Of a stretch of DNA of 64,000 nucleotides, positions 1 to 12,870 are shown one piece after another. This DNA is from Haplodiscus bocki (Eukaryota), in contig OZ296653.1 of the NCBI GenBank assembly GCA_965655095.1, positions 66,712,001-66,776,000 of the forward strand. The letters are read 5' to 3'. Position numbers and translations under genes: made by a program. Under the pieces are notes generated by a model, which worked only from the letters and a program-made list of their open reading frames with translations, did not search any database and was not told where the DNA came from. Every line of letters starts with the position of its first letter. The stretch's first letter is position 1.

Positions 1-480
1 CAATCGGGCTTCGAGTTCAGTGGACGGGTGGGTTTGTTTCAGGCCGTGCAGAACTATGAAATCTTTACTCTTGCGATGGGATAGGTTTGATTTAACTTCT
101 AGTATGGTAATTTTGCTCTCCAACAATTTGCGAAAAATGTCAGGGGCTCCTTCACGTCTACAATATACGTCTTCGATTCTATGACTGAAGTCACGCAGTA
201 TTTGGAGTAACTTTTCGACACTTATGGCCGTGTAGTTGTTGCTTCGATGTTTGCTAATCGAATTGTTCATAATGTCGAGCCAAATTATTACCTCATACTT
301 TCTGGCAAGTATACGTCTTCCAGTCAGTAGATTTTGTAACACCTTCAATGGGTTTTTAGCGTTCCAGTTGAAGCTGAGCCCTCCAAGGCTGTAAGTTCTG
401 CCAAATAATTTTCTCCTGAATTTGTAGGGTATCCTTCCGATTGTAGCGTTCAGCGAACTTGCTCCAATTATAAAAACCAT
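1..480 (-). CDS. SGNH/GDSL-like esterase ORF, 160 open codons, running off the window start
   Basis: Hand translation from ATG at 480: MVFIIGASSL...TYSLGGLSFN...VIIWLDIMNNS...VYCRREGAPDIF...LKQTHPSTELEARL, with no stop. The motifs fall in the order of SGNH blocks I (GxS), II (G), III (N) and V (H). The ORF track missed it because the stop lies outside the window. Confidence 0.7.
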   Translation of the reverse strand, partial: MVFIIGASSLNATIGRIPYKFRRKLFGRTYSLGGLSFNWNAKNPLKVLQNLLTGRRILARKYEVIIWLDIMNNSISKHRSNNYTAISVEKLLQILRDFSHRIEDVYCRREGAPDIFRKLLESKITILEVKSNLSHRKSKDFIVLHGLKQTHPSTELEARL

Positions 481-899
481 AAATGCCTGCCTCTAAAATC
501 CCTTTCACGTAAGGGCTCTCCAGTACCCAGTTTTTACAATCAAGCACTGAAACTATTTAAAAAGAAATTTAATTAGTTATTTAATAAGTTAGTTATTAAG
601 AAACTATTTATTAAGCAATTCACACTAATTCTTCAAGACTACGTGCTTCATAACATCCATAAAGGTCTCACTGGACGTAAGCAAATATAAAAGTCATCGA
701 CTTCGTTCTTTGCTTCGGAATCGCGATAGCCCGGAAGTGCCAAAAAAGTTATGTAAGTATTGCTATATGTCGATATTTAATCACTTACTTTTTTAAACTA
801 AAGGTTTGATTCCTTCAATCAACTTCTCAAGGGAGAGTAATACACTGGTGGAGGGTTATTCATTAAAAAAAAGTATCCATTTTGGTCCCGGTGTTGGGT

Positions 900-1620
900 T
901 AAGGTTGGTCCAGAAAAGTTATTATTGACATATCTCGATTTTCAATTCAAATTTCTTCAACAATACATGCTTGATTCTATCCATCAAGTTTACTGTGGAC
1001 AGTATTTTACTTGAGGTCGACTAGTAGATATGAGAGCCATCGGTTTTGTTCCTCGTGTTGGAATCCTGAAGGTCCAAAATGCCAGAAAAAGGCAACTAAT
1101 AATGATATTTCTCAATACCCAAACACAAAATTCTTGAAAAAAATCCAGGTTCATTTTGCTGGCTAAGATCTCAATTGACAGCTACTGACTCTACAAGGCG
1201 TTTTCGAATGGAAAGATATTAATTGCTTTCCTTGCGTCTGAATCTTGATGGTCTAAAATTTCCAAAATGGTCGACAATATTGACATCTCGATTTTCAAAC
1301 TAACATTTCTCCATAGCTACAAGCTTCATTTCTTACTTCAAGGTCTCAATCGATAGCTTTTTACTTGAGGAGGACTATTCGATTTTCCTTCATGAATCGG
1401 ATTTTCCTTCAACATCGGAATCCTGATGAGCCATTTATGTGAGGGAATGCAAATATTTTTGATTTGTGGAGTTTCAGACTATTAATTCTCTAAAGCTAGT
1501 CGATCGAGAATTTCGTCAAGGTCTCGATCGACAACTTACTGTCAAAAAGGGTTATTTCTTTAATTGATTCGTTCTACGTTCGCTCAATCATTTCTGCGCC
1601 CTTTGATGGAAAATATCGTG
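900..1620. repeat. Degenerate ~178-bp tandem repeat, about 4 units (partly re-copied from 2621 and 5885)
   Basis: The TCAAGGTCTCAATCGAYAG-like motif recurs at ~984/1164/1338/1516. The GAATCYTGAWGG-like motif recurs at ~1061/1240/1418. Confidence 0.7.
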
Positions 1621-2057
1621 AGACTGCGCTTCTTGTATTTAATGCCTTTAATATTTTCCAATCCCTGAGAGTAACCCAGTGGAATCTGATCAGCAATTAC
1701 GGCTGTGTAACACTAAGGTTGTTTCATGTCTCTTGGTGAGAAATACTTTATTCAAATACCAAGACCATACTAACTTGCGCGGTCTCAATCTCAGGACGAC
1801 ATCACTCATTCTCGGAATGTTTGCTTGTACAAATAACTTATGATGCGACACTTAATGTGCTCCAACACAAGTAGCTGTCTTTCGAAGTAACGGAGGGCAG
1901 GCTTTGCAATATCAAATCAAACCAATCAAGGAACGAGGTGACATGCAAAAAATCGCAGCATCAATTTGATTCTGAAAAAAAAGCAGTTCAATTTCTTCAT
2001 ATGCTGTGTTAGTAAAGACAACGATCAATATTATGTATCGTTTTATGTTTTTATTTT

Positions 2058-2620
2058 GATAGTAAACTGTTCAGGAAGCTAGATATTGTGAAAAATTCCT
2101 TGTATGAAGTTGAACTTGCCAAAGCACAAATTGAACACAAAGAACCAATCATTTCCGGATTCTTCGTTCTTCAATTTGCAGAATTGCTAGTGTTGGAGCG
2201 GTACTAGAACTTCTTCAACAAATTCTGTGATGTAAACTAATTCCAAGATTTGGAAATGGTTACAAATTCGCAGTACCTTGCTCTTGCCGAGAAAAAAGTG
2301 GAAGGTTGTATCAGACCTGAAATAGGAGCGGAATGGCAGAAGCTGCGATGCAACGATTGTGTCGAAAGTTTCAGTGCTGATGCTGTAGCATATTTTTCTC
2401 GCCGATAATGTGGTGTAATGCACAAAAAATATGCTAAAGGAGAGCCTGGCTTCGAACAGTGTGGCGACGGACCACGTGAACAGTATCGTAAAACCTTGAA
2501 CTACGAGGTAAACGTCACTTCGAACAGAAGAAGATTTCGAACAAGCAATCACTCTGTTGCTATCTATGAACAAGTTAAGTAAGGTCTGTCCTACATTTAC
2601 TCAAGGCGAATAGTCAAGAG
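2058..2620 (+). pseudogene. polB: Duplicated C-terminal fragment of element 1 pPolB
   Basis: Near-identical to 5322-5884 (EPIISGFFVLQ...GDGPREQYRK). Confidence 0.9.
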
Positions 2621-4270
2621 GTTGGAATCCTGAAGGTCCAAAATGCCAAAAAAAGGCAACTAATAATGATATTTCTCAATACCCAAACACAAAATTCTTG
2701 AAAAAAATCCAGGTTCATTTTGCTGGCTAAGATCTCAATTGACAGCTACTGACTCTACAAGGCGTTTTCGAATGGAAAGATATTAATTGCTTTCCTTGCG
2801 TCTGAATCTTGATGGTCTAAAATTTCCAAAATGGTCGACAATATTGACATTTCTCGATTTTCAAACTAACATTTCTCCATAGCTACAAGCTTCATTTCTT
2901 ACTTCAAGGTCTCAATCGATAGCTTTTTACTTGAGGAGGACTATTCGATTTTCCTTCATGAATCGGATTTTCCTTCAACATCGGAATCCTGATGAGCCAT
3001 TTATGTGAAGGAATGCAAATATTTTTGATTTGTGGAGTTTCAGACTATTAATTCTCTAAAGCTAGTCGATCGAGAATTTCGTCAAGGTCTCGATCGACAA
3101 CTTACTGTCAAAAAGGGTTATTTCTTTAATTGATTCGTTCTATGTTCGCTCAATCATTTCTGCGCCCTTTGATGGAAAATATCGTGAGACTGCGCTTCTT
3201 GTATTTAATGCCTTTAATATTTTCCAATCCCTGAGAGTAACCCAGTGGAATCTGATCAGCAATTACGGCTGTGTAACACTAAGGTTGTTTCATGTCTCTT
3301 GGTGAGAAATACTTTATTCAAATACCAAGACCATACTAACTTGCGCGGTCTCAATCTCAGGACGACATCACTCATTCTCGGAATGTTTGCTTGTACAAAT
3401 AACTTATGATGCGACACTTAATGTGCTCCAACACAAGTAGCTGTCTTTCGAAGTAACGGAGGGCAGGCTTTGCAATATCAAATCAAACCAATCAAGGAAC
3501 GAGGTGACATGCAAAAAATCGCAGCATCAATTTGATTCTGAAAAAAAAAGCAGTTCAATTTCTTCATATGCTGTGTTAGTAAAGACAACGATCAATATTA
3601 TGTATCGTTTTATGTTTTTAATTTGAGAACTAAATTGCATAATCGGAATTGACAGTTTGCGTATATGCGCTAGTCAACAAAAGCAACCATCGATGTATTT
3701 GAGTAGGGGCCCACTTCAAGTGCCAATATCATGGACAAAATATTCTTGAAAAACCAGGCAGGAACAAAAATTAATTTCGATCTGAGTTTTGTTTGCGGTT
3801 TTTTGTAACAAACTGGTTGAAATGACCATCTCGAGAGCATGTCGAAAGCTGCACGAAGAAAAAGCGTAAAAACATTACTTTCTAACCATGACATTCACAT
3901 TGCTAAAAAAACTGAAGAAGCTAGAGATATAAAGAGCTAATTACAGAGTTCACATCAGGGGCAAGAATTCGTAGCAAAAACGGCCGCTCTCTTCATGGCT
4001 ATTTCCACGATCTCTCGTGGACTGCAAATGAAGATAGTAAAGTTGCAAGACCAACATCTACTATCTACCTATTACCAACTTCTACAACTAACTACTTCAT
4101 CACTTCGACAAGCAATGTTTTAAGACACGCAGAGCGAAATTGTGGGCGACGAACACAAAATGTTAAAGTGCCTCCTCTAACGCCACACTTGAAATCCGCC
4201 TTCCCAAATGCAGAGTTGACGTTCAGCACACAGCGAGACGCCTCAAGGTGAGGGCAAAAGCCGAATCAAC

Positions 4271-5884
4271 TTCATCCGAAAGTCTACAAACGTATGCAAA
4301 TTCATCAGTGGGATTGACGCTAGCCAACTATACCCCAACGCGATTTGTCAACCCATGCCGATCAGTCTTTATACGCGTTGGGATCTCGATTCCGAGACGG
4401 GTAGTTTTACGCCTCCACAAAACAAGACTCACAGCTTTCAAAATATTCTCCTGTCTTCTTTTCAACGAACAAGACAACAATGTAAAATTGCAAGCTTCTA
4501 TTCAAAAAGCAGACAGAAAACTGATTACTTCAGTGTTGAAGCGTTTTGTTGTCATTGCAAAAGTGCGTTTGAAGGTATGGGTTGCTTTTACAACTTCTGT
4601 CCCTGTCAAGAAGTACGTCCCTCCATCACTGAAGAGGATACTCAACGTGGTAGGTAGAAGAAAGAGCTCGATGCATTGAGACACTATATACAGGAGAAAG
4701 GTTTCAATGTTTTTCAAATGTGGGAGTGCGAATGGTGGAGACAGTACAAAACAATCGATACTGTTGAACAACATATCCGAGAACACTTTCCCTACCGACG
4801 TTCACTTGCGGCCGAGCAACTACTAGGAGAGATAAAGACAGGAAATTCATTTGGCTACGTGTAGTGCGATATTGAAGTACTTCAAAATTTGAGATCAAAA
4901 TTTGATAATTTCCCTCCGATTTTCCGGAGCGCCTTAGATAGCAAGGATGATATCGGGGACCTGATTTAAAACTAAGTCGCAGGAAAAAAGTTTCTGTCTC
5001 AACCTCGGAAAATGCTGATATCCAGCCTCATGTTACAAAAAGGAACACTGATTTTTCCTCTGCTGTTGCTTTATCTACAATTGAGTCCTGTTTGCACAAA
5101 GAAAACACCGTTTTGTTGAGTACAATCCAAAGTAAAGCTTCAACAGGTTTGTGTAGTCAGCAGTGGATGCAAAAAGGTAAATGGTTGAAACCCCAAACTA
5201 AAGTTTTATCGCAGAAACAATGAAGCTTCTAGCCAACAGCTCTTCCAGCTAACAGATCATCGACCGGAGCCAACACACTGTAACGAAGTACCTCAGTGAT
5301 GGAAAAACACATGCGCCTATTGATAGTAAACTGTTCAGGAAACTAGATATTGTGAAAAATTCCTTGTATGAAGTTGAACTTGCCAAAGCACAAATTGAAC
5401 ACAAAGAACCAATCATTTCCGGATTCTTCGTTCTTCAATTTGCAGAATTGCTAGTGTTGGAGCGGTACTCGAACTTCTTCAACAAATTCTGTGATGTAAA
5501 CTAATTCCAAGATTTGGAAATGGTTACAAATTCGCAGTACCTTGCTCTTGCCGAGAAAAAAGTGGAAGGTTGTATCAGACCTGAAATAGGAGCGGAATGG
5601 CAGAAGCTGCGATGCAACGATTGTGTCGAAAGTTTCAGTGCTGATGCTGTAGCATATTTTTCTCGCCGATAATGTGGTGTAATGCACAAAAAATATGCTA
5701 AAGGAGAGCCTGGCTTCGAACAGTGTGGCGACGGACCACGTGAACAGTATCGTAAAACCTTGAACTACGAGGTAAACGTCACTTCGAACAGAAGAAGATT
5801 TCGAACAAGCAATCACTCTGTTGCTATCTATGAACAAGTTAAGTCAGGTCTGTCCTACATTTACTCAAGGCGAATAGTCAAGAG
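4271..5884 (+). pseudogene. polB: Polinton/adintovirus protein-primed DNA polymerase B (element 1) with VSR-like nuclease insert
   Basis: Motif A GIDASQLYP at 4310, insert FEGMGCFYNFCPC...MWECEW at 4568-4735, motif B MKLLANSS at 5220, decayed motif C MVTNS (from DTDS) at 5520. Many stops and a frameshift. Confidence 0.9.
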
Positions 5885-6888
5885 GTTGGAATCCTGAAGG
5901 TCCAAAATGCCAAAAAAAGGCAACTAATAATGATATTTCTCAATACCCAAACACAAAATTCTTGAAAAAAATCCAGGTTCATTTTGCTGGCTAAGATCTC
6001 AATTGACAGCTACTGACTCTACAAGGCGTTTTCGAATGGAAAGATATTAATTGCTTTCCTTGCGTCTGAATCTTGATGGTCTAAAATTTCCAAAATGGTC
6101 GACAATATTGACATTTCTCGATTTTCAAACTAACATTTCTCCATAGCTACAAGCTTCATTTCTTACTTCAAGGTCTCAATCGATAGCTTTTTACTTGAGG
6201 AGGACTATTCGATTTTCCTTCATGAATCGGATTTTCCTTCAACATCGGAATCCTGATGAGCCATTTATGTGAAGGAATGCAAATATTTTTGATTTGTGGA
6301 GTTTCAGACTATTAATTCTCTAAAGCTAGTCGATCGAGAATTTCGTCAAGGTCTCGATCGACAACTTACTGTCAAAAAGGGTTATTTCTTTAATTGATTC
6401 GTTCTATGTTCGCTCAATCATTTCTGCGCCCTTTGATGGAAAATATCGTGAGACTGCGCTTCTTGTATTTAATGCCTTTAATATTTTCCAATCCCTGAGA
6501 GTAACCCAGTGGAATCTGATCAGCAATTACGGCTGTGTAACACTAAGGTTGTTTCATGTCTCTTGGTGAGAAATACTTTATTCAAATACCAAGACCATAC
6601 TAACTTGCGCGGTCTCAATCTCAGGACGACATCACTCATTCTCGGAATGTTTGCTTGTACAAATAACTTATGATGCGACACTTAATGTGCTCCAACACAA
6701 GTAGCTGTCTTTCGAAGTAACGGAGGGCAGGCTTTGCAATATCAAATCAAACCAATCAAGGAACGAGGTGACATGCAAAAAATCGCAGCATCAATTTGAT
6801 TCTGAAAAAAAAAGCAGTTCAATTTCTTCATATGCTGTGTTAGTAAAGACAACGATCAATATTATGTATCGTTTTATGTTTTTATTTT

Positions 6889-7485
6889 GATAGTAAACTG
6901 TTCAGGAAGCTAGATATTGTGAAAAATTCCTTGTATGAAGTTGAACTTGCCAAAGCACAAATTGAACACAAAGAATCAATCATTTCCGGATTCTTCGTTC
7001 TTCAATTTGCAGAATTGCTAGTGTTGGAGCGGTACTAGAACTTCTTCAACAAATTCTGTGATGTAAACTAATTCCAAGATTTGGAAATGGTTACAAATTC
7101 GCAGTACCTTGCTCTTGCCGAGAAAAAAGTGGAAGGTTGTATCAGACCTGAAATAGGAGCGGAATGGCAGAAGCTGCGATGCAACGATTGTGTCGAAAGT
7201 TTCAGTGCTGATGCTGTAGCATATTTTTCTCGCCGATAATGTGGTGTAATGCACAAAAAATATGCTAAAGGAGAGCCTGGCTTCGAACAGTGTGGCGACG
7301 GACCACGTGAACAGTATCGTAAAACCTTGAACTACGAGGTAAACGTCACTTCGAACAGAAGAAGATTTCGAACAAGCAATCACTCTGTTGCTATCTATGA
7401 ACAAGTTAAGTAAGGTCTGTCCTACATTTACACAAGTCGAAAAGTCAAGATTGACAAAATTCACACTCGACCGCCTAATTTGTAA
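6889..7485 (+). pseudogene. polB: Third copy of the pPolB C-terminal fragment, carrying the natural C-terminus
   Basis: Continues ...GLSYIYTSRKVKIDKIHTRPPNL-TAA (stop at 7483-7485). The other two copies are cut by the junction to X. Confidence 0.85.
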
Positions 7486-7619
7486 CATGTTCACGTAGTT
7501 TTCATTTAATAATGTTGTGTATTTGTCCATTTTATTACATTCCAATTAACTTTTTTCACGTTAATACAATCTCTTTAATTAGCACTAAGTCATATCAGTA
7601 TCGGAAAATGTAATAAATT

Positions 7620-7892
7620 ATCTGTACGCGTATTAAAACATCCGCACGCGTAGTAAAACATGCAGGCCCACAAAAAGTGACAGTATCACCAAACAAGAAA
7701 TGATTCAACCCTTGAAATATTGCATGAAGCCTGGCACCCGTTGCATACCATAAAAAATCCTAAACTACTTAGGTACACTGCCTATCTTAATACATTGCCG
7801 AACTACACCCCATCTTAATACATTGACGACTTATACCCTATCTTAATACATAGGGACCTCCACCCTTCGTCAGGTCTGCTCTTTCTTCTACT
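7620..7892 (+). repeat. Putative terminal region of Polinton element 1 with short tandem repeats
   Basis: A 21-bp repeat x2 (~7623-7662) and a ~28-bp CCYATCTTAATACAT-core repeat x3 (~7775-7860). The segment ends TTCTTCTACT at 7892 (reverse complement AGTAG..., like Polinton 5'-AG ends), exactly where LINE coding sequence begins. Confidence 0.55.
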
Positions 7893-10290
7893 CAAGAATG
7901 ATGTACACTTGAGTATCTTGTATATATCACATCATATCATCTGATTTCATCAAAACAAAAACACTAAAAGCAGCAATCAGCAATCACTAAGCACTTGAGG
8001 TTGACTCATGATTGCTTGCTTCTGAAAAACATGAAAAAACAATACCGTGACTTTTCTCTTCTTATTGGACCAAAACTACGTTTAATCAACGAAAACATAG
8101 CGATCGATAACTATGCAAAAGATTTTATTCGATGTGTATCTTCCTGACTCGACTGTTTTGCTTCAGAGAACCCCCTGAGGGAAAAAAATCAAAACCTGCA
8201 TCCACAAAGGCAACCTTTTTTTCTCACGAAAAGATTAAAAATCCCACACGAAAAAAATGATATGCTTTTCAAGAGCTGCGGAATGAAATTTAAAGACTGA
8301 CATGTTATGCTAGACTTGATGAAGACTTCAAAGAATTAAGTCAAAATACGTCTGCTAGAATAAATCATCAAATAATAGAAAACAAAATTAGCTCACGAAT
8401 CCATGGATGTAGATAAAATGAACGAGTCTTTTGTAAACCTTAGTCTAATTCTTTTGCCAAACAACCAAGACACAACTTTTACTCGCAAAAAAAATGAAAA
8501 CATTGGAGAGTACTATGGTTCTGATTGAAAGAAGTTTTGATGAGATTCCAACGAATATTCCAAAAGCACCAACCGGTCTTTTTCGTATCAGCAATGAAAT
8601 TATGAAAATCTGTTTTCCTGTCATCAGAAACTGTTCATGTAAAATTGTTAACAAAGCTGTGAAAGACCAAACAATTACTGATTGTTTCAAAATTGCAGAA
8701 ATTTTCCCGCTGTACAAAAAGGTGATTCAATGAAAATAGAGAATTGTCATCCTATTAGTCTTCCGAGTCCAATGAAAAAAATCATCAATAACTATCTTTA
8801 CCAATAAATGAACAAATTTTTTCAGCAATTACAAGCTCTATTCGACTAACCTGTTTAAATTTTTAAGTAAAAAGAGCTGTAACCAATCAATTCCTGAGGT
8901 ATCTGATTACTCAACAGACGAAAATGATGAACCAGGATATGGCAGTGCGTGATTTATTGATTCGAAAAAGGCGTTTTTACATTAGATCACAAAGTCTTAT
9001 AGGAGAATATCTATAGATACAGTTTTAAGAACCAATTTTTAGCATCATTAGGACTTATCTCTCAGATAAGAAACAATAAGTAATGCAGAATGGAAAAAAG
9101 GACCCTTTATCTCTGAAAACTCCTGCTCCACAAAGAACCGTTCTCGGTTCATTTCTTTCTCCCGTTTAAATGAACGATTTGAGCATGAGCTTAGTTTTCG
9201 CAGTTGAGACAATCGTGTACAACATTGGCCCAACTGCGGTGAAATAGTTTTCGAGCGATATCCGAAGTGATAGAAAAAGGTTTGATCTGAAAAATTTAAC
9301 AGTTGATGCAGGAAACTGCGAGTGTGCTTGTTTTGGAGAAATTCAACTTTTGGGCAAGGAAGCATTTAGCGACAAAATTCCTCGGAAGGTCATTGTAAAT
9401 AACTAGGTGTAACAATTGATAGAAAACTCATTTTTAAGGAACATGTTAGCTAGGTAACAAAAAAATTGAAAAAAATTTGTGGTCTCGTGTATCAAGTGAG
9501 GCAATTATACCTTATTGGATGTTTTTTTTGCTCTTCAAAACCGTGGCCAACCCAAATCTTATATATGGCGTCATGGAACTTTGCGCAACAGCGGAAACGA
9601 AATTAGATCCAATTGAGAAAGCCCAACGACGAACATTAAGAGCTTTGGAAAACAGACGGACTCCATGCAGAATGTGTATGACAAACATAGAATATTGAAA
9701 ATACATGACAAGTATAGTGTAGAACTCATATGCGAATTGATCCAACAGGAGAGGAGTAAATCGCTTTTTGATTTCGTGAGCAAAAATTTCATCCCGTTCG
9801 ATATAAACACCCGTAGAAGACAAAAAGGTCTGCTGAAATTATCATACAATTGAACGAAACTTAAACGGTGGTCTTTGGAAAACTCAATCGTGAGAACATA
9901 CAATTGGTTGAGAATGCTCGACTTTTTCCACAAAACTTTCAAAATCTAACCCAGAATGCAAGAAAAAACTTATACACTACATCGCCCATACGTATGTATT
10001 GAACAATACGGAAGTCCTAAATGTCTATTTTTGATCTCCACACCCTCCATACCAATGTCTGCAACATGTCTTTTTCTTTTTTTACCGTGTAGTGTTATCA
10101 TTTTCCTATTTTTTGAAAAAAAAACCTACTATGTTATTTTTCGGAAAGTATGGTGGTTCTCAGGGCAAAGACTTAATTGTTGAGCCGAACAACTTTTTCT
10201 TCGTCCCTTTGGCCATTTCTGTTTTATATTCTTTTTGAGATATGGTTTATTTACTTGCCATCATTAATTAAAAATCTTCTTTCTATCGAA
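7893..10290 (+). mobile_element. Degenerate CR1/L2-like LINE: end of APE endonuclease, reverse transcriptase and probable 3' UTR
   Basis: Decayed motifs in correct order: SCIYHI (~7915), ISNH (~7975, from SDH), PLYKKGD..NCHPISL (~8705-8762), FIDSKKAF (~8955), APQRTVLG..MNDL (~9125), FAVET (from FADDT, ~9197), LGVTID..F..H (~9403). The 3' boundary is approximate. Confidence 0.88.
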
Positions 10291-12870
10291 CGGCTCCGAA
10301 ATTTTTCTGAGTTTGGATATCAGTTGAGAGGGAGTGGTCAATCGTTTTTGCATGAGCAATGAAAAATCATTCATTTGGGTTTCCTAGGGAAATTTTAACG
10401 AGAAAGGACAATGAACTGTGGTCATTTGAAATCGCAAAATTTCGTTGCGTGCTGCAGGCTGAATTATGTCGATTACAAGGAATGATAGTTAAAATGTCAA
10501 TTATGCAAACAAATCTCTTCCGTAGGGTTATTGGTGGTGTAAATGGTTCAAAAGAATCGAAACTTTTGAAAAAACTTTCCGGTAAGAATTTTACGTTAAC
10601 CTTCGACTGTTAAAAGTTGTCTTCAAATTTGGCTATCAAAAAACAAGCAGTACTATGATACACTTTTTCTGAGGTTATCCTTGCACAACACAGGGAATTT
10701 TTGGTACCCTGTTTACTTACGTTGAAGCATAACCCAAAGAACCACTATAGTCTTGTATACCTATAACTTTATAACTGAACATTGACATTATAACCGAAAT
10801 CTCAAAGTGATCGGTGAACGTTCTATGGCACGAACAATAGAGTCGAATTCACAAAAATAAGAACATTCTTCCACTATACAGTACGAAAAGTTAAAGTTCT
10901 ATTAATTCTTCTGCAACACGCCTCAGAGCAGCTCCTGCGTTCTCAGAAAAGCAATGAAATCAAGGCAAATTTTCCAGCTCTCAACACTTGTTTTATTGAA
11001 GTAAAGAAACAAAGTAAACAAAACTGGTATTCTCAATCCTGCCTTGAGTTACAATGCAAAGATCTACATCAGCTCAACAGATTGCTCCAAAAAGACAGTC
11101 GACAAAAAAACAGTACCAATGTTCGGATCTGGTCACCCCTGCCACAGATTTTGTTCCAGTAAAAAAACTAAGTACACTTTCACAGTGCCAAAAGTAAAAT
11201 TTTGTGTCGGTGATGCTCATCACTGATGTAAATTGCCTACTTTGACCCTGAGGGAAAGACCATACTGGTCCACACCGTATACGCAGCTTTTATCAACGAA
11301 AATTGGTGTGTCCGACAGCGCCTCATTTTTTAGCTCAAAACCCTGTACTGAAATTTGTCGTTTTGATTAAGACATTTTTTTACTTCATATGATAGTACTT
11401 TCGCGGTAGTTACGCACGAATATCTTCAAAGAGTGAATGAACACTAGCGAAAAATTTTCCCTCAAACTAATTCTGCTCGACTACAAGAACGTTTGCTGCC
11501 CTGCTTACTCGCATCCACGCTAAATCTTCAAAATTTGGAGCTTTTGTTTATCATTTATTCCAAAACAATCTCATTATTGAACTCTCACTGTTTCCGAATT
11601 GTGCTCTGTAGGACGAGAAAAATGAGTCGATTTTCTATATGAAAAAAAATGTACAATGCTCAATCATACATTTCTGAAGTGTAAAATTCAGTTAGTTCCA
11701 TGCAACACGTTTCACAACTGCCTCATCTTCAGCAAAAAAGCTAAGAATTCAAAGCAAACGTTCTCTCCTGCAAAAAATATCTGTTTGGCAAAGCAAACAA
11801 AATAAAGACGAGTGCTGTCATCAATTCTCCTTTGGGTCACAAAAGGAAAAAGTCACTCAGGTCAAACGAATGCTATCGAAATGTCCGTTGATTACTGTAA
11901 CACTTTAAAGGGCTGGTTGTCGACTTCCACAGAAAATTTTTTGCATAAACTTTATGTAGGGCACCATCCTTTGCAAATCTTCAATGCAAGAGCTACTCCG
12001 AACTATCAGAAACTATTTCTATTGGTGGGAAGAAAGTTTGTTTCATTCTCATAACTTGCTAGAAGAGCAAGTGGTGAAAGTGGACGATGCCTTGTCGTAT
12101 CCAATAAGATATTCTTTCAACTTTGAAGTGCCGTTATGTTCGAGAGTCTTTTTGTTGACACAAAAATGTAATCACTCAATCCAAGGACTCTCACAAGCAG
12201 CAAAAGCTCAACTAAAGAAGACAAATGAATGGTCTGTTGTCATCTGACTAACTCTGAGATTTACCTATAGTTTCAGTTCAGTTGTTCAGTTAAAGAATTA
12301 GAACTTGTCGAGACAGCCAAAAAAAACAAAAAAAACTTTAAGCGATTCAGAAGCTGAACATCGTTTTAAACAATTGAATCGGATAGTAGAATAACTAAAA
12401 AAATATTGTTAGGATTACCATCGAACCTGTTAACTCAATGTCATGCATTATCACTTCACCGTCATCACATTGTTTACTGCGCAGCATGTCTATAACTACT
12501 GGCTACTGGCAGCGTAACTTGCCCCTTCTGGGTGAACCGGGTGCTCACCACCAACTCATTTTCTCCCAAAGGTAAGGTCGCCCTTGGCGGGTTTAGAAGT
12601 AGAATACAGGCTAGTTAGAAACAAAGTGGGATTTAAAGTAGTGAGTTTTGAAAAAAACTGTCAAATTTTATTTTACAGGTTGAATGCGGAAGTATTTCGG
12701 AAAAATAAGAATTCTTTTCTTCTGACGTTTTTTCAAAAGCGTCCTCAGTATTGAGAATATCGGCATTTTGAGGCGTAATTCTACCGACTTGGTCATTTAC
12801 TTAGTCAGTTTGAACAAAATGCTTAATAACTCCTCAAGGCGTGCACATGTACAACTTCGGAATGTGTATG

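Larger units (their letters stand above)
1057..7430 (+). repeat. Near-identical tandem triplication X-Y / X-Z-Y / X-Y
   Basis: X (~1.0 kb) starts at 1057, 2621 and 5885. Y (pPolB C-terminal part) starts at 2058, 5322 and 6889. Z (3621-5319) occurs only in the middle copy. Confidence 0.95.

Noticed and set aside
356-547. 63-aa track ORF as a gene
   Set aside because: It overlaps the longer SGNH-like frame (480->1) out of frame.
2187-7545. Repeated minus-strand ORFs (MFIDSNRV..., MCITPHY...)
   Set aside because: They are antisense shadows of the pPolB fragment.
7775-7860. 28-bp repeats as a CRISPR array
   Set aside because: The units are contiguous with no spacer-length unique sequence, there are no cas genes, and the context is eukaryotic.
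10290-12870. Short ORFs as host exons
   Set aside because: No recognisable motifs or consistent splice structure; left unannotated.
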